From a virus: DNA of 64,000 nucleotides. The notes below the pieces were generated by a model, which was given only the letters and a program-made list of their open reading frames with translations, was not told the origin of the DNA and ran no database searches. Made by a program: the position numbers and the translations under genes. The stretch spans positions 34,311 through 98,310 of the IMG/VR virus record IMGVR_UViG_3300023174_000102; one strand, 5' to 3'. Shown piece after piece: positions 1 through 9,437 of this stretch (positions are counted from its first letter, which is position 1; each line of letters opens with the position of its first letter).

Positions 1-2
1 CA

Positions 3-2489
3 ACTGCAGTTCAAAGACCAGTCACATTTGAACTCAAGGGAACTGTAGATTTAGTTCAGGATAAAGAAATTAAAAACAAAAGTACTAATACTAAACTTGC
101 AAATGTTATTTCTGTTTCTACCCAGCCTAATAATGTTTATAACGACGGTGTTATTAACTACACAACAAGGCACATACAAAGATCTATAGGTTCTTTAAGG
201 CAGGCTAGTCTTTTAGATGATGAAAGATTTTACACCTATAAGCCTGCCTTGCTGTGGGAAGTATCTGGCACAGAAAATACAAAGTCCATAAACAATGAAG
301 TCAATACACAGTCTTCTTATGTCCTTAGTGCTATACCTTTAAACTCCTATCTTTCAGCAGATGTTCCAGTTGTAAAAAATAATATTGTAATAAATAATAC
401 ATTTAGTCTTGGCGAGGCTGCATATTGGATTACAAGATATAATGGATACTTTTATTCTCAAGGAGAAATTATTAAATATGATGCAGTTCAGTATAATGTC
501 ACTGGCTTTGGAAATGTTTGGATAACATCAGTAGAAGACTATCAAAATTATTTTTCTAAACTTCCATTTAATGGAAAGATATATCCAACTGGTCTAGTAA
601 GAATTTACTCTGAGCCAAAATACTTTGAACAGTCTGGAGTTACTAAATTACAAAATGGGGATGTTCAAAAACATGGTCGTGGACAATTTGGAACAACAAT
701 TGTTGCTCATACTGCTGGCATATCTGATTACTGGAAATCTGATGATAATGTAAAAGGTTGTTACATGTCTTCTGAATATCTTTTTGACAAAAAGCAAGTG
801 CCTGCTGTAACACTTGTAGATTCTGCTGGAAAACTAACAGACACTAACATTTCTTCTGATGCCCTAGCAAGATCATCAACACGAACAGGAATTATTAAAA
901 ACTTTATGTCCACTGCAAATGTTGGAGAGATAACAACAAAAACTCAGCAGATTCCTGGGTCAATTCAATCATCAGCACTTTCATTAACTGGTCCTAACTT
1001 TACAACAAAAGAAAAGCCAAGAGATTTCATTTCTTATGTTCATAAGTCATTACAGGATAAAAAGTATAAGCACTTTGGAACAAGAGTAAGAATCATTGGA
1101 AAAATAGAAAGCAATCAGGATCGTGGACAAACCTCAAATGGCTCTTCAACTTATTATGTTGTAACTGGGTCAACACCAGATAAAAACATTAATATTGCAG
1201 GCGGGTCTGCAGGCATTGGAGTAATGGTAAATCCAACAACAAATGTGGGATACTATTTTGAAATAGCAGCCCTGGGTCTTGGTGATTTATCAAAAAAACA
1301 AAGACAAACTGTTAGCAATGTTTTCTTTTATAAAATAAAATCTGATGATGGAAAAGCAGTGCCAGTTGGCTTATGGGAGGGTCTGGCTAAGATTACTGTT
1401 GATGATGGTAATTTTACTGGTCAGTCAAGAGTGTTTTCTGAGGAAAATCCAACGGTATATGATCTAGCAGTAGAGTATGAAGATATAGGACAAACAAGAA
1501 GATTTTATCTATACATTAATGGCAAACTAATAAAAACAGTAGACGACAATGAACCACTACCAGTATACTCTGAGGTAGCATTATTTACAAGAGGATCTTC
1601 AAGAGCAATGTTTGAAAATGTTTATGCTTTATGCAACAACTATTCTCAAAACACTTCTTTCTCTTTGGGTGCCCCAGTTAACTCAGTATTTGGAGATTCT
1701 GAAATTGATGCAAATGAGTCTTTCCGTAAGTATGCAATGAGTGGTTTGATACAAAATACATACCTTGCTGGCATTGGTTCTTCAGAACCACCAAAGTACA
1801 ACATCTATTTTGAAGAGTTTGGAAGCATTATGAGAGAAGCAGCAGTTTTTAACTTTAAGTATGATAAAGCATACCCAGCACTAACTGCAAAGATATCTCC
1901 AACATTTAATAAGATAAAAGGCTATGTTGTTTCTGGATTTAGAGCAGGATCGTATGGAGCAGAGTTTATTATTTTCAATGCAACAGACACGGCTCTTAGC
2001 CTAGATGAGACAAGCGGAAACTATTTAAGAGTTCAAGGAATTACATTTACTCAACAATCAAATAATAATTTAACGGTAGATGATTATTTTAATAAAAATA
2101 CTCTTGAGTCAAATCCTCAGTTTGTAGCAGATAAGTTAATTTCAAACCCATACAAGTTTAAACAAGATTATCAAGACATAAAGTTGAGCAGAATGACTTA
2201 CGGCAAAAAAGATTTTTCTTTAAATACACCATACATACAGTCACAAGATGAAGCATCAGGCCTAATGAAATGGATGATTGAAAAAACAATGAAGCCAAGA
2301 AAATCTATTGGGGTTAAAATATTTTCAATACCTACAATTCAATTAGGAGATATTGTTAGCCTAGACTACAAAGAAAATGATATAAGCATGGCATCAAGTG
2401 CTTCTACCAGATTTGTTGTTTATAATATTGAATTTTCAAGAAGTTCAGATGGACCAGAAATGACATTATTTTTAAGTGAGGTGGCATAG
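3..2489 (+). CDS. Large virion tail/baseplate-associated protein (5'-partial)
   Basis: Frame is open from nt 3, upstream of the TTG at 249; beta-rich composition; C-terminal 'IQLGDIVSL...FVVYNIEFS' resembles tail hub proteins; next to structural-type genes. Confidence 0.55.
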   Translation, partial: TAVQRPVTFELKGTVDLVQDKEIKNKSTNTKLANVISVSTQPNNVYNDGVINYTTRHIQRSIGSLRQASLLDDERFYTYKPALLWEVSGTENTKSINNEVNTQSSYVLSAIPLNSYLSADVPVVKNNIVINNTFSLGEAAYWITRYNGYFYSQGEIIKYDAVQYNVTGFGNVWITSVEDYQNYFSKLPFNGKIYPTGLVRIYSEPKYFEQSGVTKLQNGDVQKHGRGQFGTTIVAHTAGISDYWKSDDNVKGCYMSSEYLFDKKQVPAVTLVDSAGKLTDTNISSDALARSSTRTGIIKNFMSTANVGEITTKTQQIPGSIQSSALSLTGPNFTTKEKPRDFISYVHKSLQDKKYKHFGTRVRIIGKIESNQDRGQTSNGSSTYYVVTGSTPDKNINIAGGSAGIGVMVNPTTNVGYYFEIAALGLGDLSKKQRQTVSNVFFYKIKSDDGKAVPVGLWEGLAKITVDDGNFTGQSRVFSEENPTVYDLAVEYEDIGQTRRFYLYINGKLIKTVDDNEPLPVYSEVALFTRGSSRAMFENVYALCNNYSQNTSFSLGAPVNSVFGDSEIDANESFRKYAMSGLIQNTYLAGIGSSEPPKYNIYFEEFGSIMREAAVFNFKYDKAYPALTAKISPTFNKIKGYVVSGFRAGSYGAEFIIFNATDTALSLDETSGNYLRVQGITFTQQSNNNLTVDDYFNKNTLESNPQFVADKLISNPYKFKQDYQDIKLSRMTYGKKDFSLNTPYIQSQDEASGLMKWMIEKTMKPRKSIGVKIFSIPTIQLGDIVSLDYKENDISMASSASTRFVVYNIEFSRSSDGPEMTLFLSEVA

Positions 2490-3058
2490 TGACAAGTCTT
2501 ATTGATGGTGGCGGTGAGCCATTAAACCCAACTGCAGCCCTTCCAGAAGCAATAGCAAAAGAAGACACTAAGTCTATCAAGGTTGCAACGCCAGACCTTA
2601 TTCTTTTTAATGATGATGTTATGTCTATTGAGATAATGACAGACCTTATCTTTGAAGATATTGGTGGGTATGAACTTGCTACTATATCTAGGCATGACTT
2701 GGTAAATGGTCAAAAGGTTATTTATACCCCAATCAAAAATTTAACAGACCTATATTTACAATATAATCCAAACAATGTTTTAAGGCTTCAGGCCTCTGAC
2801 TCATACCTTAAGTCTTTATCTTTATCAATTTTTGATCATCTTCCAATTTGTGGAACTGGATACGATATATTTCCACCAGACAGCAATCCAGATGAAAAAG
2901 ATAAGACAAAGTGGAAAAAAGTTCCTAACTGTAAATCAGTGTACATTGACCCATTAACTGGCGATTTGGTTATTAATTTAGTTAATGTTAAAGAAAATGA
3001 GCAGGCAGAGGTTCAGGTACTAACTAGTGGAGAAATTTTTGATGATACAATATATTAA
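2489..3058 (+). CDS. Hypothetical virion structural protein
   Basis: 189-aa ORF coupled to the upstream stop, GAGG SD. Confidence 0.5.
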   Translation: MTSLIDGGGEPLNPTAALPEAIAKEDTKSIKVATPDLILFNDDVMSIEIMTDLIFEDIGGYELATISRHDLVNGQKVIYTPIKNLTDLYLQYNPNNVLRLQASDSYLKSLSLSIFDHLPICGTGYDIFPPDSNPDEKDKTKWKKVPNCKSVYIDPLTGDLVINLVNVKENEQAEVQVLTSGEIFDDTIY

Positions 3059-3070
3059 TGGGAGTGATTA

Positions 3071-4228
3071 ATGATAACTAATACAGGTAAAAATCTTTTA
3101 GCCAAATATCTTGTTGGGCAGATACAATCATATGCCTCTCATATTGCTGTGGGCTGTGGACCCACTCCAGTGGCTTCTGACGGCATCGCTGACTTTGGAG
3201 ACTACTCAGAGAAAAGTTCGCTAGATTTTGAAATGTTTCGTGTTCCAATCATATCCAGAGGGTTTGTAAATGAAGATGGTTTAGATAAGATAGTCTTAAC
3301 AGCCGAACTACCAACAGAAGAAAGATACGAAATTACCGAGGTTGGAGTTTTTTCTGCAGCATCAAATCCAGTTGCTGGATCTTTTGATAGTAGGAATATT
3401 TATTCCTTTGCAGACACAGATAACTGGCTCTATCAACCATATGGTTCTTCTGCTATAGAGATAAAATCTGTATATACACCACTAGATGGTGATTCTGAAA
3501 ATGGTATTATAAATCAGACAGATAGTGTTTTTCAAACAAATGCCGATAATAGAATATTTACTCAGTCACCTAGAGTGACAAGAAATGAAAGATGCAGGTT
3601 TTTAAATAACATAATTGCTATTGTTGGAAACAATTCAACACTTACGTTAAATAATCAAAACAAAATAGAAATAGGTACTGGCTCAAAGTTTATTCGTCTT
3701 AATGAAACAACTGTAGATTTTACAAAAAATAGTCCACTAGATGAATTGAGATTGGCATTTTCTGTTGTTAACAAAGTCTCCAACTCTAATACTGTTCCAG
3801 ACAACGTTAAGATTTTGTTAGAGTTTTCTTATGCAGGCGTAGACTCTGTTCAAGAATATGCAAGGTTTGAAGTAGATATAGACGATATGTCTTATTCGCA
3901 AGGCACAGCAACAGAAAAAAGAAATCTTGCGACTAATAGATATATAGTTGCATCAAAAGCACTTAAAGATTTAAACAAAACAGATAATTTTGATTGGAGA
4001 AATGTTGCTGTTGCAAAAATTTATGCCTGTGTTACTGAGGCTGGTTCGCCCTCTGATCTTTTCTATGTTTGCTTAGATGGATTAAGACTTGAAAACATTA
4101 CATCCACAAACTCTTTGTATGGACTAACTGGATACTCTGTGATTAAAAATGTTGGATCAAGGCCAATTATAAAGTCAGCAAATACAACAAACTATATTGA
4201 ATTTAGATTTGCTTTGGGTGTTGCATAA
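3071..4228 (+). CDS. Putative tail/baseplate structural protein
   Basis: N-terminal 'MITNTGKNLLAK...HIAVG' and 'ITEVGVF' motifs typical of tail-fibre/baseplate attachment domains; GGAG SD. Confidence 0.55.
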   Translation: MITNTGKNLLAKYLVGQIQSYASHIAVGCGPTPVASDGIADFGDYSEKSSLDFEMFRVPIISRGFVNEDGLDKIVLTAELPTEERYEITEVGVFSAASNPVAGSFDSRNIYSFADTDNWLYQPYGSSAIEIKSVYTPLDGDSENGIINQTDSVFQTNADNRIFTQSPRVTRNERCRFLNNIIAIVGNNSTLTLNNQNKIEIGTGSKFIRLNETTVDFTKNSPLDELRLAFSVVNKVSNSNTVPDNVKILLEFSYAGVDSVQEYARFEVDIDDMSYSQGTATEKRNLATNRYIVASKALKDLNKTDNFDWRNVAVAKIYACVTEAGSPSDLFYVCLDGLRLENITSTNSLYGLTGYSVIKNVGSRPIIKSANTTNYIEFRFALGVA

Positions 4229-4656
4229 TGGCAGACAAGGGTATTAAAAATGTTGTTATTAAAAAAGATTTATTGGGAAATGTAACATCATCAAACTCAA
4301 GAGTTGTTAGATTTAGACTTATTGCAGAAGATAGAAATAGAAAGTCGGCATATTCAAAAATTTTTGTAACAAATTCAGATGCTGTTATAATAGGAGAAGG
4401 AGATCTTAATTTTGTTGGAAATCTAATATTGGCTAACTGGACTACTGGGGAGGTATCAGTTCAAATAGTTTATGATGTTTTTGTTGGTTTTGATGGACAG
4501 ACTCCAAAGTATATAGCCAGCACTGGATCTAATAACTATTCTTTTTTAAAAACTGGAACTCAGTCAGTAAGGGTTATAGTTCAAATATCTTCTATAGATC
4601 CAACACTTTCTCAAGATTTAGAAATATACGATTCTCAAATTGTGAGTCTGGTATAA
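4228..4656 (+). CDS. Hypothetical structural protein
   Basis: 142-aa coupled ORF, beta-rich. Confidence 0.45.
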   Translation: MADKGIKNVVIKKDLLGNVTSSNSRVVRFRLIAEDRNRKSAYSKIFVTNSDAVIIGEGDLNFVGNLILANWTTGEVSVQIVYDVFVGFDGQTPKYIASTGSNNYSFLKTGTQSVRVIVQISSIDPTLSQDLEIYDSQIVSLV

Positions 4657-4663
4657 TTATAAT

Positions 4664-5107
4664 ATGGCAATATTACCTGTACCAGAGCGAGGGCAACCTT
4701 TAGACGTAACTTATATATATCAGATTGTTAAGGCTATTAATGATCTTTCTGTTCAGGTATCACCATCAACATATAAGTATGTAACAGTTGATACACCAAA
4801 TGCTGGAAAGCAAAGCGTTAAAGCATCTGAGGCAAGAATTATTGGAGGGTATGTTCAGGTAACTACTAGTACAACACAAACCGCTGGATCTTCACAATCA
4901 TTCTCTTATGATTTTCCAAGTGAGTTTAAGTTTGCTCCAGTAGTAACGGCAACCCCCGTAAACGTTGGAAACACAGATGCTGGAAAAGATGTAACGGTTA
5001 CGCTAAAAAGTGTTTCAACTTCAAAAGTTGAGGGCACTGTTAAGTTCAATGCTGGAGGAGACACAAGTATTGGAATTAACCTAGTGATTATTGGAATACC
5101 AAATTAA
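4664..5107 (+). CDS. Putative tail-fibre-like / H-type-lectin-like protein
   Basis: 'FSYDFPSEFKFAPVVTAT...INLVIIG' pattern; TGGTATAAT 6 nt before the ATG. Confidence 0.45.
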   Translation: MAILPVPERGQPLDVTYIYQIVKAINDLSVQVSPSTYKYVTVDTPNAGKQSVKASEARIIGGYVQVTTSTTQTAGSSQSFSYDFPSEFKFAPVVTATPVNVGNTDAGKDVTVTLKSVSTSKVEGTVKFNAGGDTSIGINLVIIGIPN

Positions 5108-5298
5108 TGATTAGATGTCAAAAATGCAATGGAAGAATGTTTATAGATAGACAATATACTGAAATAAATAATTTAGAAATATATTGCATAACTTGTGGAC
5201 TAAGAAAGTTTTTTCATCCACCTAGCAATTCTCAGGAGGGCCAATGGTTATTAAAAAGGGAACAATTGAGAGCGAAAAATACAATGAGTCACCTGTAA
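5107..5298 (+). CDS. Zn-ribbon protein
   Basis: CQKC...CITC. Confidence 0.6.
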   Translation: MIRCQKCNGRMFIDRQYTEINNLEIYCITCGLRKFFHPPSNSQEGQWLLKREQLRAKNTMSHL

Positions 5299-5786
5299 TA
5301 CCAGGTAACAAAAAGGTCTGGTTTCTTAACGGAGACCTGGTTAGAATTCATCACTATAATCATTCCAACGGAATTATGTCTGTTTATAATATAAACAAAG
5401 ATCAGATTGAAAGTTGTTTAATTAGTGAGTTTAAAAATAAAAGAGAACGAGCATACACAGTAGGTCAGACTGCTGAGTTGGTTAACCGTCATAAAAAATA
5501 TATGCCATCTCTGATGAAGCGTGGAGTGATACCGTTTCCGACGGGCTCACAAAAAGGTGGTGCAAGAGGTTTTCAGGTTAGGTCATACTACTCAGAATCA
5601 CAGGTAAGGGCTATTCGTGATATACTTGCTTCATACCATATTGGTAGGCCAAGAAAAGACAAATTAATAACTAATGATATTACGCCTAGTAAGCAAGAGT
5701 TGACACGAAGAATGGGCGATGGTATACTTACATATACGAGAACTGAAGATGGACGGTTTGTTCCAATTTGGAATGAATCTATTTAA
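5244..5786 (+). CDS. MerR-like HTH DNA-binding protein
   Basis: 'YTVGQTAELVN...RSYYSESQV' pattern; GGAGG SD. Confidence 0.6.
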   Translation: MVIKKGTIESEKYNESPVIPGNKKVWFLNGDLVRIHHYNHSNGIMSVYNINKDQIESCLISEFKNKRERAYTVGQTAELVNRHKKYMPSLMKRGVIPFPTGSQKGGARGFQVRSYYSESQVRAIRDILASYHIGRPRKDKLITNDITPSKQELTRRMGDGILTYTRTEDGRFVPIWNESI

Positions 5787-5799
5787 CGAAGGGTATAAA

Positions 5800-6009
5800 A
5801 TGGAAAACGAAGACACAAAGGTATCAGTTACACTTGGATACACACTTAATCTAGGAAACTTTCAATCGCTGAGACTTGATTTGGGTATTGTTGACTCAAG
5901 ACGTAACGGAGAAACTCCAGACCAAGCCTTTGAGCGTGTTTATAAGTTTGTTGAAGATAAACTAACAGCAAAGATTTTAGAAGCCCAGTCGGAGGCTGCT
6001 GAGGGATAA
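5800..6009 (+). CDS. Hypothetical protein
   Basis: Start moved to ATG 5800 after GAAGGG; coupled to the next gene. Confidence 0.55.
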   Translation: MENEDTKVSVTLGYTLNLGNFQSLRLDLGIVDSRRNGETPDQAFERVYKFVEDKLTAKILEAQSEAAEG

Positions 6010-6317
6010 TGGCAGAACGCAAAGACCGTATGGCTTTGCTTTCAAGATACAGCAAGTATCATACCGCAAGGTACGAATCAAAGCCATCCCTTAACCTTAA
6101 TGTAGAGCAGTGGGCTTCAGATGCTCTTGTTGAATCATATACGTTGCCAGGATGCTACGATATACTTGAGTATTATTTTTCAGTTGCAGAAAATCCATCT
6201 TGGAACTACTTTGCATATAATGCAGAAAAAATATTGCAGGCACAAAAAGAAAAAAATAAAGATGATCAAGAAAGAGCAGAGCGCAGAAAAATGGCAAAGG
6301 AGTGGTTAAGTGAATAA
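6009..6317 (+). CDS. Hypothetical protein upstream of helicase (possible helicase loader)
   Basis: 102-aa coupled ORF; function guessed from position only. Confidence 0.45.
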   Translation: MAERKDRMALLSRYSKYHTARYESKPSLNLNVEQWASDALVESYTLPGCYDILEYYFSVAENPSWNYFAYNAEKILQAQKEKNKDDQERAERRKMAKEWLSE

Positions 6318-7530
6318 TACAGAGGCAAAACTTCTTACGGCTGTTTTAAATGATAAGCAGATTCACGTGCTATTGCAGGCCAATGTTGATAATCTTTTAA
6401 GAACGCATGGCGATATCTGGAACTTTGTTAGACTATATTTTGAAAATAACTCAGTTCTTCCTCCAGCAGAACTAGTTACTGAAAAATTTAGAGACTTTGA
6501 GCCAGTAGCAGGAGTTGGTGCAACAAAGCATCATCTTGAAGAACTTCAAGGAGAATACCTTACAGATAGCCTAAAGGATATTATTAGGTCTGCAGCAAGC
6601 GAGATTCAAAACAATAATGGAACTGGTGCACTTAACGAGTTAATTACAAAAACATCAGAACTCAAAAAAAATACAGCAGCAATTCGTGACATTGATGTTA
6701 CAGACCTTGAGTCTGCTATTGCATATTTTGAGAATGTAAAGAAACAGCAGGCACTAGGTTTATCTGGAATTAAAACTGGACTCCCAGGTTTTGATAATTA
6801 TCTTCCTTCAGGCATTATGCCAGGACAACTTGGAGTGTTTCTTGCTTACCCAGGAATTGGTAAGTCATGGTTAGCGCTATACTTTGCAGTTCAAGCATGG
6901 AAGCAAGGTAAGAGTCCAATGGTCATCTCTCTTGAAATGAGTGAGACAGAAGTTCGCAATCGTGTGTTTACTATTATGGGAGAGGGCCGATGGTCGCATC
7001 GCAAAATTAGTAATGGTGAGATTGAAATAGATATGCTTAAAGACTGGCATGCTAAGAATCTTAAGGGCAAGCCAGAGTTCCACATCATATCAAACGATCA
7101 AGGTGGTGAAATTAATCCCTCAGTTCTTCGTGGAAAGATTGATCAGTATAAGCCAGACTTTGTAATTGTTGATTACCTTCAGTTAATGGCTCCTAATCAG
7201 AAGTCAGATAATGAAACAGTACGAATGAAGAACCTTTCTCGTGAACTTAAACTTATGGCTATTGGTGAAGAAGTTCCAATCATCGCTATCTCATCTGCCA
7301 CACCAGATGATGTAAATGACCTATCCACAGTCCCAACACTGGGTCAAACTGCATGGTCAAGACAGATTGCATATGATGCTGATTGGGTTCTTGCTTTGGG
7401 CCGTGGTACAAATAGCGATATCATTGAGTGTGCATTTAGAAAGAATCGTAACGGATTTATGGGTGATTTTTTAGTCCAGTGTGATTTTGATAAGGGATAT
7501 TACAGATATAAAGACTTTGAAGATAAGTAG
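6310..7530 (+). CDS. dnaB: Replicative DnaB-like helicase
   Basis: Walker A AYPGIGKS, 'SLEMS', 'VDYLQLM', 'YDAD', 'KNRNG'. Confidence 0.93.
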   Translation: MNNTEAKLLTAVLNDKQIHVLLQANVDNLLRTHGDIWNFVRLYFENNSVLPPAELVTEKFRDFEPVAGVGATKHHLEELQGEYLTDSLKDIIRSAASEIQNNNGTGALNELITKTSELKKNTAAIRDIDVTDLESAIAYFENVKKQQALGLSGIKTGLPGFDNYLPSGIMPGQLGVFLAYPGIGKSWLALYFAVQAWKQGKSPMVISLEMSETEVRNRVFTIMGEGRWSHRKISNGEIEIDMLKDWHAKNLKGKPEFHIISNDQGGEINPSVLRGKIDQYKPDFVIVDYLQLMAPNQKSDNETVRMKNLSRELKLMAIGEEVPIIAISSATPDDVNDLSTVPTLGQTAWSRQIAYDADWVLALGRGTNSDIIECAFRKNRNGFMGDFLVQCDFDKGYYRYKDFEDK

Positions 7531-7542
7531 TTATAATATGGT

Positions 7543-7899
7543 ATGTCAAAAAAGAGTGCCAACACTTATGATTCATACCATCATAAAACTATCAAAAGGT
7601 TTTACCTTGATGGAATAATTTATGATGACTCAATGATTGGCAGACTTAAAGATGAGTATATAAGATTATTGGTATCGGAAATGAAATTAAGTGGTTATGT
7701 GCCAAGAATTGATCTTGACCCAGATTTTACTATAGGGTATAATGAGATAAAGAACTTTTTTGAATTTGAATTATCAATACAGGCAGTCTACGCAGGGAAG
7801 AGGAAAAGCGAATGGATAGCAGGAATAGACGGAACAACTCCAATCTTTATTCCGCAGAACAAGTCAAGCGAGTCCTTACAGGATCGGGTATTACCGTAG
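7543..7899 (+). CDS. Hypothetical protein
   Basis: 118-aa ORF with TATAAT just upstream. Confidence 0.55.
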   Translation: MSKKSANTYDSYHHKTIKRFYLDGIIYDDSMIGRLKDEYIRLLVSEMKLSGYVPRIDLDPDFTIGYNEIKNFFEFELSIQAVYAGKRKSEWIAGIDGTTPIFIPQNKSSESLQDRVLP

Positions 7900-8756
7900 A
7901 GTCTGAACTTGATGCAGACTTCATGATCTTTTGTCCATTTCACAATAATCACAGAACACCAGCAGGAGAAGTTCAAAAAGATAGCGGAATGTTTTTCTGT
8001 TTCTCTTGTCAGAAATCTGCAGACCTTATAGAGTTGGTTATGTATACCTCTGGTAGGACATATTTTGAGGCTGCTAGATTTATTAAAACTAAAGAAAAAT
8101 TAACTAATCTTACTACAGAGATTGATAAGGTTCTTGTAAAAGAAGAGCAGTATAAAACATTTGATGAATTAATTATTAAAAGATTACACAACAACCTAGT
8201 TGCTTCCGAAAGAGCAAAGAATTATTTTACATATAGAAAAATTCAAAAACCTTCATGCATAAAGTTTTCATTAGGATATTCCGAAAAGCAAGACATGGTT
8301 ACTGTTCCAGTTCATAGCCCAGATGGGATACCTTTAGGGTTTGTTGGTAGATCTATTGAGGGAAAAGATTTTAAAAATACGCCAGGACTACCAAAAAGTA
8401 AAACCCTTTTTAACTTGCACAGAGTTAAGAAGTCTGATAGAGTATATGTAGTGGAATCTTCATTTGATGCTATTAGGCTTGATCAGGTAGGTCTTCCAGC
8501 AGTAGCAACGCTTGGTGCAAATGTATCAAGTACACAGATAGAATTGCTTCAGAAGTATTTTAATAACATTATTGTTATTGCTGATAATGATGAGGCGGGA
8601 GGAAATATGAAAGATAGAATCGTTGAGAAACTATCTACTCGTGTTTCCGTTATTAAACTAAACACTCAGTATAAAGATATTGGCGATATGCCAGACGAAG
8701 AACTTAGAAATTTAGAGTTTCAGTTTGACAAATCAATATCACTTATGCTAAACTAA
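7812..8756 (+). CDS. dnaG: DNA primase (CHC2 Zn finger + TOPRIM)
   Basis: CPFH...CFSC; 'VVESSFDA', 'ADNDEAG', 'KDIGD'. Confidence 0.92.
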   Translation: MDSRNRRNNSNLYSAEQVKRVLTGSGITVESELDADFMIFCPFHNNHRTPAGEVQKDSGMFFCFSCQKSADLIELVMYTSGRTYFEAARFIKTKEKLTNLTTEIDKVLVKEEQYKTFDELIIKRLHNNLVASERAKNYFTYRKIQKPSCIKFSLGYSEKQDMVTVPVHSPDGIPLGFVGRSIEGKDFKNTPGLPKSKTLFNLHRVKKSDRVYVVESSFDAIRLDQVGLPAVATLGANVSSTQIELLQKYFNNIIVIADNDEAGGNMKDRIVEKLSTRVSVIKLNTQYKDIGDMPDEELRNLEFQFDKSISLMLN

Positions 8757-8779
8757 TATAATAAACAAAGGAGAATAAT

Positions 8780-9436
8780 ATGAGCGTAGTAAAGGGACTC
8801 AAGAATATCAATGCCCTGCTCGACAAGCCAAAGTATGAAAACGACGGGCCAAAGGTAAAGTGGCTAAAACTTGCAGACGGTCAATCTGTAAAGATTCGAT
8901 TCATTGAAGAACTTGATGAAGATTCTGCAAACTATAATGAAAAGCGTGGACTAGCACTTGTTGTTAAGGAGCACGTAAACCCAAAGGACTACAAGCGCAA
9001 GGCTGTAGACACAATGGAGTCAGAGGGTCGTGACTGGGCAGAAGAAATGCACCGCAAGGATCCAAAGGCAGGATGGCGTGGCCGTCTTCGTTTCTACTGC
9101 AACGTACTAGTTGATGACGGAATTGAAGCACCTTATGTTGCAATTTGGTCAATGGGTATCAGCAAGCAATCATCATTTAATACAATTCGTGAGTATGCTC
9201 TTGAAACAGGAAGCATCTCAAATGTACTGTGGAAGTTAAAGCGTAATGGTCAGGGGACTGAAACTAATTACACACTTATTCCATCAGCACCAGACAAGGA
9301 ACCATTTGATTGGAAGGACATTGAGCCTTATCCTCTTGAGTCAGCACTTAAGAAGATTCCTTATGCCGAGCAAGAAGCATACTATTTGGGCTTTGATGGT
9401 CCATCTGTAACTTCATCTACCAACGCAGATTGGTAA
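8780..9436 (+). CDS. Single-stranded DNA-binding protein (gp32-like)
   Basis: 'WLKLADGQSVKIRF', 'LKRNGQGTETNY'; between primase and polymerase; AAGGAG SD. Confidence 0.7.
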   Translation: MSVVKGLKNINALLDKPKYENDGPKVKWLKLADGQSVKIRFIEELDEDSANYNEKRGLALVVKEHVNPKDYKRKAVDTMESEGRDWAEEMHRKDPKAGWRGRLRFYCNVLVDDGIEAPYVAIWSMGISKQSSFNTIREYALETGSISNVLWKLKRNGQGTETNYTLIPSAPDKEPFDWKDIEPYPLESALKKIPYAEQEAYYLGFDGPSVTSSTNADW

Positions 9437-9437
9437 T